A stretch of 63,150 bases of DNA, the filler included, from Choristocarpus tenellus KU-1152 (Eukaryota; Protista; Phaeophyceae): the NCBI GenBank assembly GCA_964200185.2. It is 12 parts of 12 records of this genome, joined end to end, with 100 filler letters (N's around TTAATTAATTAA, not from the genome) between each part and the next. Parts side by side here need not be neighbours in the genome. Positions count along the whole stretch, not along the records: positions 14,041 to 16,767 come from CAXNAD020025267.1; positions 16,868 to 24,350 come from CAXNAD020006088.1; positions 24,451 to 27,327 come from CAXNAD020023990.1; positions 27,428 to 36,015 come from CAXNAD020004559.1; 8 more parts are not named here. One strand, given 5' to 3'. Positions 14,400 through 27,720 of the stretch are shown here, piece by piece. The first letter of the stretch is position 1. The number at the start of each line of letters is the position of its first letter. The notes beneath the pieces were generated by a model. The model was not told the DNA's origin and made no database searches. It saw only the letters and a program-made list of their open reading frames with translations. The translations under genes were made by a program, and so were the position numbers.

Positions 14400-16767
14400 A
14401 GACACAGAGATCAAGGACCCAACCATCGAAACTATTGGACGACTTGGACTACCGGGACTGGTGGAGGCGTTTCATCGTGCATTGCCGATATACCCACTGC
14501 TTGGGTGCGTTGACAAGTGAAAGACCAGTCAATCAAGAACGCTCCTACAAGGAACTTCTCTCGAACTGCTTCAGTGCAAACGCTATCTGGATGGCCGAAG
14601 AGGCTTACCATGCACTTACCGTTGCCTCGTTGCACCCACCACCAGGGCGCTGTGCTATATGCACTGAAGCCTGAGCAAGCTTTTCCGAGCAATAGATGAT
14701 TGGTCCATGCCTAATACAGTGGGCAATAGTCAACATTTGTTCCATGAGTTTTCGCTTCAAAGGTGTAGAAGGGGGCGAATCCGATCCTGACCTTAAACCA
14801 CTTGGAAGAGCTATGGGAGGATGCTATGGACCTTGTCATCTTGGACAAGCTTCTGCTCCTACAGTTCCTGAGTGCTCTCAGATCAGATTACAATACCGAG
14901 ATACGCATGATGGCCCCACAGAGGACACTATGTCGGGCAGACGTAGAGAAAACTGCTAGAGAGCGATATGCTTCCCCTCATGAGGCGAAGGACTCAAGAC
15001 ACAAGAACAGGCACGCTTTGGTTGTTAGCAGCTCATCACAGGGGAAGAATCAGTCTCATCGTAACAGTCAAGGTTGTGGGGTCAAACGTAAATTTCATGG
15101 TGGAAAAAAGAAAAATCGTTCTAATTCCAACCCTAAAAGTTCCGAGAAGATTCCTTGTGAGAGGTGTGGTAAGAATGGACAAAAGAAAGGAGCTTGCCCA
15201 AACCGCATTTGCACCAAGTGTGGTGGACATGCCCATAATGCTACAATATGTACTTCAGTATTCATGACTACGGTGGAGTCTGGGAAAGAAAAGAACGAGA
15301 CCGAGGCGAAACCTTCTCACATTACTGTGGCAAGTGCGACCAGCTGTGGTGACAATGAGCAGTACACACTACTGGTCGCCACTGAGGACTCTCCGAGCAT
15401 CAATGCTCCAGGCAAGTGTGGGGAAAACAAATGTTTGGTGTCAAGTGTTGGGGATGGCCGCGAGAAAGAAGAAAATGGATTTTCGACAGTGCGGCTTCAT
15501 GTCACATGACAAACATGGTAAAACACATGACAAGCTACAAGCCTTGTTTAGGAGACCGAAGGGTAGTCACTGCTAGCCAAAATTCCTTTCGCATCGCTGG
15601 TCATGGTGATATTACAATCTTGTTTCCCTCATGTGACAACAAGGAGGTAAGGATACTCCTCCAGAATGTTGCCTATGTCCCAGATCTTAGCTTCAATCTT
15701 ATTTCTTGCCAAGCAGCAACTGATATGGATGCGAAATGAACTTGCACAGCCAGTACATTCTCGTGTTAGATTGTAAACTTATCTTCACAAGAGATCCTGG
15801 TTGTCATTGCACCCTCCATGGTCAACGCATATTGCCGTGTTGGAGAGATGGAAGCCAGTGTAGTTAGTAAATTAAAAAAGAAACAATGAGACTGCAGCAC
15901 AAAACATTAGGCTTCGATTCTCCTGCGACCCCCAAACATGAATGAACGTAGCCTGAAAGGTCAGTCACATACAGTATCATCCAGGGACACGTATTATCTA
16001 ATGTCGAAATGCTGAAGTTGCTGTAAAGGTCACAATAGCCCCCTCGCTTGCACCCCCCTCGCTCCCCACACTGATGTCGACATTAACTTCTTCTATTGCT
16101 CTTATGGCCAAACACACGAGCCATTGCTCAAGTCAACCGCCACTTCAATGGGCATTACATTGGTGGGTGAGATGGAGCCATGTGCGGGCTGCTCTATGAG
16201 CAAGGGCATATGGAAGGGCATCCGGTCCAGCAAGTCTACAAGGGCGGTACGAAAGCTGGATCAGGTTTTTGTCGATCTAAGTGGGAAGAGGGCTACCCTT
16301 TCAATCGGTGGTAAACAATACACCATGATAATCCGGGACGATTATTCTCGTTTTGTTTGGTTGTATTTCCTTCATGCTAAGTTGGATGCCGCCGAAGCCT
16401 TCAAGAAGCACCTGGTCGATATCCAGGCTGATGGTACTCCCTCTCGGGTCATGTGTGTGTGGTCCAATAATGGGGGGGAATTTTATGAGGGTGCTCTCGG
16501 CGCTCTTTGCCGTGATCGTGGGATAAAACAGGAGTTTACACCTGCAGACAGCCCTCGATTTAATGAGGTTGCTGAATTCATGCTGGGTATTATTGATGAA
16601 GCTTCATTAGCTGCCTGCATTCAAGCTCCACTACGTTTCCCCCATGTTCCTTATCCCTAAGACAGACTCTCTATGAGCTGAAGCTCAACACTATGTTTGT
16701 GACTCGCTCAATCGCATGTCGACCACGGCTAACCCTGGCTGTAAATCACCATATGAAATGTGGTATG
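14400..16767 (+). mobile_element. Degenerate Ty1/Copia LTR retrotransposon: gag (Zn knuckles), protease, integrase; truncated by contig end
   Basis: CERCGKNGQKKGAC and CTKCGGHAHNATIC knuckles; protease WIFDSAASCHMT; integrase CAGCSMSK, VFVDLSGK, IRDDYSRFVW, SNNGGEF, QEFTPADSP. Domain order is Copia-type, with multiple stops and frameshifts. Confidence 0.92.
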
Positions 16768-17274
16768 NNNNNNNNNNNNNNNNNNNNNNNNNNNNNNNNN
16801 NNNNNNNNNNNTTAATTAATTAANNNNNNNNNNNNNNNNNNNNNNNNNNNNNNNNNNNNNNNNNNNNGATGGCCCCCTTGGTGTAGCCCCCCCCCCCCCT
16901 CCCAGATACTTTGGGCCCCACCAACATTCGGAAGTACATAATTGGGTACAGAGTCTTTCAATTTTGTGATTGATTCAAAAAACAAAAATGGTTACAACGG
17001 AAAAAATGGGAAAAACAAAGAAACCCCAAGCTCGTGTCAGCAACGCAACCTGTTCCCTCTCTTGCAATATGATTACCTGAGTATTCCGAGAAGTGTTGCT
17101 GCAATATGAAGCACCTTCATCAACAGAGCTCAGTCAGCTCTAGGTGACAAACGAAATCGAGTTTTTTTTTTTTTTTGATACAGTATCGAATCACAACACA
17201 AGAAGCCAGCCTGATGGAAGCCTTCCTCCGTTCACACCGGCTTCATCTCAATCTCCCACCGCTACACCTCAGTC

Positions 17275-17795
17275 CCTAACCCTAACCCTAACCCTTGAGA
17301 GGATTGTCCGACTTGGCAGATGCTAACCCTAACCCTAACCCTAACCCCTGGTATACAATGTGTAGGGCTGGGAATCTAGATGTATGTATATATATATATA
17401 AATTTCAGGGTCAAAATATATTCCTCACTTGACCAAAGTGAGCAGCATCTCTTGAAGGTTAGACATGCGGACGGGGTCTTCGCTTGTAATGTCAAAACTG
17501 CCAGAGCTGGAGTGCAGCGCAAAACCCCAGCACAGGTGGTTGTCCACTGTCACCTGGAGCACAGACCATTATATATATATTGAGAATATATATTGCGTTT
17601 CAGTAGTGATTGCCAGGGTCTCGAGTCATGCAAAGATGATCAGCATCAATATTGTTATGACTAAGAGGGGGGTGGCATGACCCAAACAGGCAACATTTGC
17701 TGGAGAATAATATTTCCTGTTTCACATGGAGCCAATAGGATATATGCACAAGCCTTTTATCCCCTCTAACCCTAACCCTAACCCTAACCCTAACT
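17275..17795. repeat. Three interstitial (CCCTAA)n tracts (17275-17295, 17324-17348, 17766-17795)
   Basis: Directly visible. Confidence 0.85.
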
Positions 17796-18564
17796 CTTGA
17801 TGTCGGTATTCCCCCCGAGTACGTGATTGGGTGGGTGAAGTAATCTTTTTCAAGAAGGGGAACTGTACTTGGATCGTGAGGACAGCACAAATGTCAGTGG
17901 TGTGTAAGGTCAGATGACGAGATACGCACCAGCAAATACTCCAGAAAAAAAAGTAGAAGAAAAAGGAATAACTCTCTGCACATTTGTCTACCCGATGCCA
18001 TGTCAAAGGAATACTAGAGACATGGCTGTGAGTTGGTTACAGTTAGCAGAGATTGCGCAATTCTATGGAGCTTCGGGGTACCTCTCTAGGCTCAGCCCCC
18101 TGATACACAGCCTCAGTAAGACAGACCAATCTTTCCCACGAGTCAAGTGGATGCAATACCGGTAACTTACAGCATTGGCAGTTACTCACATGTGAGTCAG
18201 CAATAACCCTAAGCATGAAGAGGAAGGTTCGCCAGTTCACTTTATCTTTTTGTTTAACGTCAAATTTGTCGTAAACCTGGATAGTAGGAGCTGCATAGGT
18301 GTGTGGTGTGTGCATGTATTTTTTTGTGCAGAGGGATCATTGGTTGCACTACTTTCACATCAAACAACACACGCTGGCTGTGGAAAATTATACCTGCAAA
18401 CAGTTAGGATGCACACCTCAGTAAGGATGCGCTGTGCCTTTCTATGTCCCAACCCCTTGATTGGAGCGATGTTAAACCCATAGCCTCTTCGCATCACCGT
18501 TAGAAAGGCAGGTTTGGATATGAATTCTTGTGGTTCTGCCCGGAACATTTGCTCATACAGTGCA
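17429..18564 (-). CDS. Putative EF-hand (NCS/calcineurin-B-like) protein, partial; exons 18564-18417, 18276-18190, 17553-17429
   Basis: GT-AG exons splice in frame to give ...FISKPAFLTVMRR...RILTE|VYDKFDVKQKDKVNWRTFLFMLRVIADSH|VTVDNHLCWGFALHSSSG... This resembles the FD....+.I+F.EF...L / L.WAF.LYD pattern, but the loops are degenerate. Confidence 0.55.
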
Positions 18565-21500
18565 CTATCGACAAAACGTGATTCACAGGGCAGAGAGATC
18601 GACATATAATTAAATTCTCATCTATGTGATAATGTTAATGGGATCTACTTGCTGAGATGAAGCGCATGCTGTCTGCCTGATAGTTGGCTGCACCACGGAT
18701 CATTGGCGATTATAGACGGAGGATATTGCATGCGAAGCTACTGCTGCTGCTTCTTTTAATAGAGGTTGAAGGGTTATATGGAGCCCGGTTATTTAAACAC
18801 CTGACTCAAGCCTGGCTTGCACACTGCATGTATGCAGCAGTTGGTATGAAGTAGTCTGAGTCACACAGACACCATGGGTTTGGTGCTTAGATTGTATACG
18901 TCCGCTTGTTCATTTCCACCTGTCTCGACCGGCCAGGAGTTTTGGAGATATGCCCAACTTCTGGTTCTTCACTTCGTCTACAAGCCGTTTTAGCATGAAC
19001 AGCACACGCCAGCGTGATGCGTATGACACTTCAGTCACATTCTCTGTACACAGTGTGTATCGAGTGTGTGCACCCTAAGATATCGTCAAAGGTGTGATAC
19101 TAGTTAGGGATCTCGCAGATGCACTTCATAAACTATCAGGTGTAAGATCTTGGTGCGGGGGTAGGTGTGACACTGGATACATGGGCTTGCATAATGGTGA
19201 TTGGATCGAGACTAACAGGTCAATGCTCTTTCATGATGTGTCAAGAAATCTTATCACCGTCAACATCTCCGCATCTTGTATCTTCTTGGAGATGGCGAGC
19301 TTATGCTTATCTGCGATCGAGATGTTATGTGCTCCTTTCTCGGTGTGCCAGCGTGGGGGGGCCAATAGGCTGTTGCTGTGGGTATTATTCTTCCTTTTTG
19401 TCGACGACATAGTCCTGTTGCGTTTGTTAGAGAAAGGTTCCAGTGAAGATAAAGGCTGCCGCACATTACCTACCTTACATGCCTTTGTTCAAGGGACACT
19501 ATCTTAGGTATGATCGCTATTGTTCTTGTTAGATACCACTGTTTGCGTGTATGTGGCACCTTACGATCTCACGTCGGACGACTGCATCTGTCTGTCTATT
19601 CCCAATTGTGGCTTGCGTGTCTCCCAGGTCCCTTCTGTATCTCAGACTACTATGATCTGGTCCATATAGTAAAACTGGGCAGATGTCCTCGGAGCGATTG
19701 AGGCCACCCATTTCTTTTCGAACCAAGGACGACTGTTCACGTCTGCTATGGTGTAGTTAGAATGGAGTAACAATCAACTCTTTTTGCTTTGAAACGTTCC
19801 AATCCTATATTCCCTCCCGTCTTTCTCATTTCACCATCTTGAAATACATCAATATCATGTGTATGTATAAAATACGTGATACAATACTACACAACAATAA
19901 TACAGTATTTGGATCTTGTATCCTCTATTACATCATAGTTAGTAGTATTAGATTAAAAATAGTATGAGATGATACATAAAATGTGTCTTGTCGTCTCAAT
20001 GCAATTCCCCTAAATTAGGAGATTGCCGAGATGGAACTAGCCAACCGTCCTGCAGATCCAACGGAACCTAAGGGGAGAGAAAAATCATTTTTGCCTCTAG
20101 TCCTCCACAGCAGGTATTATTGGGGATAATGCATGCGTCAACATGCAGTCCCTGTATCCAGCATGCCAGTTTCCTGCTGTGGACCTTCGTTTCACCTCCA
20201 TCAGGTCTTGCCAACAGGTGCCTGTTTGTTGACTGGATGCAGTAAGCAGAAGTGGACACCCAACTTGCATGCACCTTCACTATTATTTGTGTGGGTGGAG
20301 GGCAAATATGCCAGAACACGTTACCAATGATTATAAAACAGTTGGGGCAAGTCTGCAGAGGAATGAGTTGGTGTTCGTGGTGGACAAGAACTTCTACATG
20401 GATATATTCCGTACCGGGTGTTGTTAGAGGCTGGCTCAGCACCCTATCGGGAAGAAGGCTACTTCTGGAGGTTGCTTTGGCTGATTTCCAAGCAGCTTGC
20501 CACCTTACGAACTCATCCACCAGTTGGTGCTGCTGCTGCAGTTGAGGCACGAAAGCACACCCACTACAAGGGATATTTTGATCCTCATTGTTTTGCTCTC
20601 AATACCTTCCCAGAGGAAAATTTGGGGTGCCTCGATATGTATGCAGAGGGTTTCCTCGATGAGCTGGTCCCACATCCAGAAACGGGGAGAAGGGCAGGGG
20701 GTTACAGTAGGAAATTGGCTGTCAAGACTCGGTGAGATAGATGATGTCAACAACTGCACACATACTTCTCTTGAGGTATGTTATGCGTCTCAAGCTGAAG
20801 ACACTGGGTAGGTGGGCAAGAAGGGGTTTCAAAAATTCTTGGGATTTCATATGGAACAATCCCAATAGTTTCATTGTCGCATAGTTCGAATAAAAATTTT
20901 CGAAGAAAATGTATTGAAATTTTATCTGCTGCTACAGAAGTTTTGTAGTTTCCTAGTTTGTTTTGGTCTTCTTTGTCTCACCCCTCCCCTGCTCACACAT
21001 GCAAAATGTCAGAGGGCATAGCATAAAAAATGTGCCAACACCACCAAGTTGGTATGATGTAATGAGGTCTTATCGCTACCACAAAACTACCAGTACGCCC
21101 ACTCATGGCTCAGTGGTTAAGGAGGCTGTTCCCCGCATTATTAAATTTGCGGGTTTGAACCACATGATATGCGAAACTTCTCCTTACAAGAATCTCGTTT
21201 CGATTATTCGCTTCCACCTAGCAAGTACAACGGATTACACTTATGTATGAGATATACACTACACTGTCCAAGTTATCTGGCACTCAACCACAATAACGCC
21301 AGATCAAGTTGGATGTGGTAACGTTGAGGCGGGTCCAGCACAAGATTCGAGGGAGGAGGCAGAGCGATGAAAGATGGGGTTGCCGAACCGAATGCCCAAG
21401 CAGCAAGGCGAGAATGGAGGCAATTAAAATAAAGTTAAGGTGCAACAGCTACAGCAATAGAAATAGCTGGTATGAGAAGTAGTGTCTCTGACCTTAATCC

Positions 21501-21797
21501 CGTCCCTACACTAACGTGATATCATAGGGATACTCCGAAAAATGGGGAAAAAATGAGTAACAGTAACAATAATATTAATAGGAAGAACAAGTAGTAATGT
21601 TAGTTTGTACGAAAAAAAATAGGATCAACAACTATGGTAGAAATAAACCTCAGATTGGTTTCTAGAATTACAGACTCCTTTTCAATATTACTTCCAGCAT
21701 AATGTACTTGTCATAGGTTGTCAGAAATTATTTGGTATTTTCTAATTCCAAGTATTATTGACCACCTGATGATGTAACAAGCGGAAGTTGGGTGAGT

Positions 21798-22059
21798 GAG
21801 CCAAAGTAAACGAGAGATACCCAGGTCTTGGCCGCTTTGCATTTTATGCCACGTCTTTCATCTTTTCCAAGTCACCTTTATTTCTTTGGATGAAGTAGTA
21901 CTGACATTGACTTGAGATTGTAGATGTCTCTATTGTTAGAATATTTTCGACACAATTTACAAAATTCCCTACACTCGTTTGTACAAGAAGCCGAAAAAGG
22001 CACACTTTTGTCAGCATCCTTAAAATGCAACTGTGGGTACCTCTAGTTTACTTCGACTC
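21798..22059 (+). mobile_element. MITE family B
   Basis: TIRs GAGCCAAAGTAAACGAGAGATACCCAG / CTGTGGGTACCTCTAGTTTACTTCGACTC. Confidence 0.75.
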
Positions 22060-23849
22060 AATTATCAAATATTTAAAACCACTAGTTAACTCCCCCCCCG
22101 GCCCTGCCCCCTCTATTTGCACCTGTCTATCTACTAGTAGTCAGAGCAAACATTGAGATGGTTGGCCCAGAATGTGAGATTTGCCCTCTAGGTGTTTGGA
22201 GGTTTTCGTCCTATGATCCATTCACTAGTAGGACTGGTTAGAGGGAGGGCTAGCACCCATCATTGTAGGGAGCAAATATTTGGTTTGTGTCTTCTTGTGA
22301 CAAGCATACGTGTGCACTGCTATTTCAGATTGAGGTTTGCACTCTTCACCACTTACCACAAGGAGGAGGACTTGGTTCTTCTCTTACGGCAAGTGCCTAC
22401 TCCATGCACTGTTTAACTGAGGGTTTGCACTATTCATCTCATGAGTGCCTTGGCTCGCCTCTAGGGGCACGCATGCTGTCCTCGCCGAGGCTTACACACT
22501 CTTTGCAACTAGTGAAATTCAACTGATCTCAAGCATGCGTGTTCCATGTACTGTTATGAGCAGGCTTGCACTCTTCGTCGCAGGGAGGAGCACATATTGG
22601 ACTGTTGGGGTGAAGATGCTGTCCTGGACGGTGGATGACTACAGATGACTTGGCAATGTACAAATCATAGGAAGAAGCTGCTTTTTTCCCGTGCATTTCC
22701 GCAGATGACTTGAATATAGACAAGTTTTGTACTCATGTGCGCGACTAGAACACCCATCATCCTCACTAATTTTCATAGGAGTCTCTCTGCAATCGTGCAC
22801 GGAGAAATCACATGCAAAAAATGGTACCTGAGCATCATTGTGCTACGTACACCTCCAAAAGACGATGTGGCTGGTCTTGAAGTTTATCAGATTTGACACA
22901 GCTCCAAGCTTGGCTTGTTATCACAGCAGGACGTTAGTTCAACACTAGTGGAACATTTTAAAATATTTAAGGTCTTCGAGTTGCGAATTGTGCCTGTTGC
23001 AAAGAGTTTTGTTGGCGGGTGTTCACAGAGAATACAAGACGAGAGAGGTATTGGTCACCAAAATGTACTGTTGGAAGTATGCGCTGCCAGTAATGCCCCC
23101 TGACTCTATTGCCAGGAACATCACGATGGTTGGTTTAATTGGTTGCAGTTGGCTGCGTTAACAATATGTCTGACTTGCTTAGATGACAGGTGTGAACTGA
23201 TATGTGTGGCAAAACTGTAATGCAGAGTTCATGTTGATGATGTCTGTGTCTTATTGCATTCTAAATATGGAGAACTTCCAAGTAAACCTCGAAGAGTATA
23301 TTCTAAGCTTTCGACAAGCCAACAGGCAGTAATGCGTTTGTCACCCCATGGTGGAATCCCCTGACCCCACGCCTTGGGCCCTCTACTCACTTTCATCCTT
23401 GCCCTTGACTTCTCCTCTTCACAACTGCACAGTATTTGTCGGCCATATCACGCCTGAATTCGTACAACCTTGCAGTGAAAACGATCACCCGTTGAGTGTG
23501 ACAAGGGTTGGACCTCAACCAAATTCTACATCCTCGAACACGCAGGTCCTTCATAGGACTCTGCCAAAACAAAAAATATTAATACACACCACACAACCCT
23601 ACTCCTAATCAGGTGTTGGAGGTTCCCAGGGTTGCTCTTCTTGTCGATCCCATTCCTCTGTCCTTTGCTGTGTCTCTGACCAATTTTCTTTCCCATCCTT
23701 TGCACTACTTGTCCATCCCCGTTCTAACATGAGTCCAGGTGTGAACGGTGCTAAAGTGTTTGACTGTTCCTGTTCTCTTCGCTCCCTGGATCCAGGATGC
23801 TCTCCACTGGGGGTATAGTCATCACAAAACTGTGCAGACAACATGCACC

Positions 23850-24205
23850 ACAAAACATTTAGAGGGGATAGTCAACTGTGCAGGGCTGAAAAGGTACGGA
23901 GATTGAACCCAGAATAAAGGAATGAGGAAATGATTAAAACCATGTTAGGGTTAGGGTAGGGCCGTGTCCGTTCGTGGTCATAAATCCAAACTTGCGATCT
24001 TGATGAATATTGGCTGCCGTTTTTGTTAGCAAGTGTCAGTATCCTTGCTCCGGACAAACCTTTCATAGTCTTATACAATTTAGGTAACTGTGTTCACACA
24101 GAAAGCCGAAAAAAGGTATAGACAACCGGTGGGAAGCCAAGGGTCAAACGGAAAAAAGGTATAGACAAACAGGGCAATACTCCTACCCTCTTAAATGCTT
24201 TGGGT
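23850..24205 (-). mobile_element. MITE subfamily A2, interrupted by a ~90-bp insertion ending in TTAGGG repeats
   Basis: Reverse complement of the 8684-8953 element, with extra sequence ~23867-23956 inside one TIR. Confidence 0.7.
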
Positions 24206-24561
24206 AACTTTCCACTTGAACAGTCCACCCTGTTGGGGATAAGTGCTCTTGAATGTTGTTGACACTAGGCGCCATACAGCTTGGCAGTTGCACCGAATAC
24301 CGAACAATGGCCCAAAGTATCTGGGAGGGGGGGGGGGGGCTACACCAAGGNNNNNNNNNNNNNNNNNNNNNNNNNNNNNNNNNNNNNNNNNNNNTTAATT
24401 AATTAANNNNNNNNNNNNNNNNNNNNNNNNNNNNNNNNNNNNNNNNNNNNCAACCGCATCTATCCAGTCTGCTCCCCCCCCCCCCCTCACATTCTTCTCT
24501 CTCCACACTCAGCACTATACTAATACTATACCATTTACTGCCTTCCTCCTACAAAACCCAC

Positions 24562-25470
24562 CTGCAACCTGGCCTTTGCAGGCCACATTGCCTGGTAGGC
24601 CCTCTTTGAAGCAACATCAGGGCTACTTGCACTCCCAGCCTTGAGCTCCTTGGCAATAGCTGAGGCCACCCCGCCTGCAGCAGCTAGCATGCGTACCTAT
24701 GATCAGTTTCAGCAGATAGTGCATGAGTTCAAGGTATAGGAATAAGATCTACATTAGAGGAATTGTAAAACAGTCCAGTGCCAGAAAAAATCATCACTTG
24801 TTCCTGCCATGCTGTATAGGCTTTGGTAGTACCACTCCCCGATGTGATATGCCCTGATGGATACAATCACCCTGTGCTATAATGAATGCAGACCTCTCTG
24901 GTGGAGGGATCATCTACCTGCAGCTACAGTACTCATTCTACACTAAAAATAACAGTACTGTACTACTCATTCTACATATGTAACATACCTTCCCCGACTC
25001 AGGAAGCACAAAAGCATGAGAGGTTTCCGATACCTAGGAAGGCGCCGACCTTCACCCAACAGCCGTTTCATAGAGTCTTAACACAGCGCCAAGAAGGAAG
25101 AATTTGAAGAACAAAAAAAATCACCCTCGACCTTAGGCATAGAATACATACATACATACATACATACATACATACATACAGCCCTTGTCAACAGGATCAA
25201 TAGAGAGGAAACGCTTCTCATTCTAGAACTTGGGAGTACATGCTGAGGGTGACAATGGGAGCGCAAAGCCAAACAGTCCTCCCTCCAACCTTGCAGCCTT
25301 GTCGGAATCACCCTCTCTACCCTCTCTACCCTCTCTACCCTCTCTCACTTCACCTGCATGTAGCCCGTAGCAGCATGAACAAGTCCCCCTGCCCCGCCAA
25401 AAGCGATGACACGCTTAAGATGAAAAAAATAAAATAAAACAAGAGTGGCAGTGGAGAGGGAGAGGGAGAG

Positions 25471-25507
<37 letters not shown>

Positions 25508-27014
25508 GGGTGGCCGTAGGCCGGGGGGAGGGGAAAGGTTAAAAAAAAAAAAATAGGTTAGACAAATGGAACACAGTGTTGAAGGGAGCATAACCCTGCC
25601 AATGTAACGACCCACGAATATGAGTGAATTTTCACAAATTTATGTGTTGGTCCGGAGTGCTTAGCAGGAGATCTCTTAAGAGGAAGCTAACAGAAAATAA
25701 CTTCAAGGCACTAGAGTAGTGCCATCTTTGAAACACACACACAAATACACACTTGACACACACACACACTTTCGTATGCCATCCAAATATTAAGAACTCC
25801 AAGAGCAACAACTAGAGCGCACAACCCAAGTCCAATTGCATTTGCAGACCCCTCAACAAACCAATCAATTCTATTCACTAATCCTAGGTGTACCCTTTGT
25901 TGCCGCAGATCCCCCCTCTCCCATGCATTCTATTGTTGTATTGGCCAATCTGAAACACCTGAAAACACAGCAGGGTACTTGCTAACAGCAAAGCTCGCAA
26001 ACTATGGTTGCACCTGATCCATCTTCGGGAAAGCCCCTCCCATGGGAATATAGCACAACTCCTCATCGAAGACCTCCGCCACCTCAATACCGTGGTGTGC
26101 CAGGCGCTTGTAGAGGCGTTCCTTGCAAAGATCAAACGATATCGCAGGTCTTGCCACAAGGGACGTCTGCAACAGGAAGGCGTGTACCATTTTTTTTTTT
26201 AAGTAAGAGCATGTGGTTTTTTGTGTCTTGTGTGTGTGCCCATGCAGGCACAAGCATGCTTGTAGCAAGCACGTGCATCTGGTGCTCTGATCTGGTGCAT
26301 CTGGTGCTCTATTGGCAAGCGAGGAGAAAAAAATATATCAGTGAGCTGGGCAACAAGTAGGCTAGGAATATGAGACTAGGGACTTCAGGCAAATTATGAG
26401 GGTATAATCAATTGCAACTGTATACAGCACCACACTGCTCCAGAGCAGTGCCCTATAGTATCATGGTGATAGATGCATTACACCATACTCCAATATTTTT
26501 CTTCTCTGCCTCCCCTCTCCTCTATGTCGCCAGATGGATCAAGTAAGGGATACATCCACATGATTCATTCTCCACACTTACAAGACTTCTCTTCAGACAA
26601 AATACCTTCTTGACACAAAAAAAAGGATCTTTGATTTTTCTTTGCATGAAATAGCGATAAGAAAGAAGTCTGCCGTAACATATTACCAACACATTACCAA
26701 CACATTACCAACATTTTTTAAAAAAATTAAAAACTCCTGTTTTGAATTATCTTCAGATATCACTCGTTCTCTCCCGTCAACATCAACATTAAAAAAAAAA
26801 AGGAAATGAAAACATTTCAACAAAAGCACACGCATACATGTTCCACAAAAAATATATGTACACACCTCTTAGGAAAATCAACCACCAAAAGACGTCACAC
26901 TGATCCAAAAAACAAACTGAGTCATTGCATGTCACACCCTGTACCACCTTGTGCTAACAACAAATTGTGGGAGTGAATAAGACTCCATTCCATACCAACA
27001 CCCCAGAACACCCA

Positions 27015-27085
<71 letters not shown>

Positions 27086-27327
27086 ACCCGCTTCACAACG
27101 CCCATGCTCATTCCCTCCACCTCCACCATGGTACCATGCCATGCCATGCCATACCTCCTCAAAAAAGATCTTGCTCCTTCCATTCGAAGCCTTCCCCAGA
27201 GGCATAGCATACAAGAATGTAGGGACATCGGTGAGACTCTTGATCTTAGCTGGGTCCAAAGCATCCTCTCCCTCAAGATAGTTGGTTCGGTAGTCCATAA
27301 ATAGCATTGCATTCTCATCGTAAGGAG
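24562..27327 (-). CDS. LCYB: Lycopene beta-cyclase, partial (exons 27327-27155, 26166-26014, 25413-25354, 24696-24562)
   Basis: Phase-0 GT-AG joins give PYDENAMLFMDYR...PTFLYAMPL...KIFFEE|TSLVARPAISFDLCKERL...EELCYIPMGG.FP..DQ|RVIAFGGAGGLVHAATGYMQ|VRMLAAA...AYQAMWP. These are diagnostic CrtL-type cyclase motifs (MLFMDYR, FLYAMP, FFEETSLVARP, IPMGG, VHxxTGY). Both gene ends lie off the contig. Confidence 0.92.
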
Positions 27328-27571
27328 NNNNNNNNNNNNNNNNNNNNNNNNNNNNNNNNNNNNNNNNNNNNTTAATTAATTAANNNNNNNNNNNNNNNNN
27401 NNNNNNNNNNNNNNNNNNNNNNNNNNNCAAAAATCGTAAGATGAAAAAATTGACCCCAAATGGACATCCGCCACCCCCTCCCAGATACTCTGAGCCGTAT
27501 TTTGCATGTTCTAATATAACAAGGTGCAGGTCATGGTTTCCCAACTCCTCGATTAAAATGGACTTACAGTT

Positions 27572-27720
27572 TGCCAATGACTGCCTTATCATGGCTGGAA
27601 ACAATGGTTGTATGTGTGGGGTCCTGGAACCATGTTATCTTCTTCAACTTTGTCTGTAGACTATCCCAACCTGTGGTTAGAGACACTGCTACACACTGCA
27701 CTATTTCTCATACCAACTAC
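27572..27720 (+). repeat. Dispersed repeat of unknown class, second copy at ~33607-33757
   Basis: The two copies share long runs, e.g. GTCCTGGAACCATGTTATCTTCTTCAA...TCTGTAGACTATCCCAACCTGTGGT. Confidence 0.75.

Noticed and set aside
19970-23300. Coding-like decayed sequence (also 12930-13900 and 31200-32450)
   Set aside because: Stops in all frames and no motif I can assign; probably old TE or pseudogene debris.
26932-27318. Poly-Gly/poly-Pro ORFs (also 34885-35262, 25415-25615, 36-227)
   Set aside because: Read-through of intronic G/C homopolymers; only the LCYB exon portion is coding.
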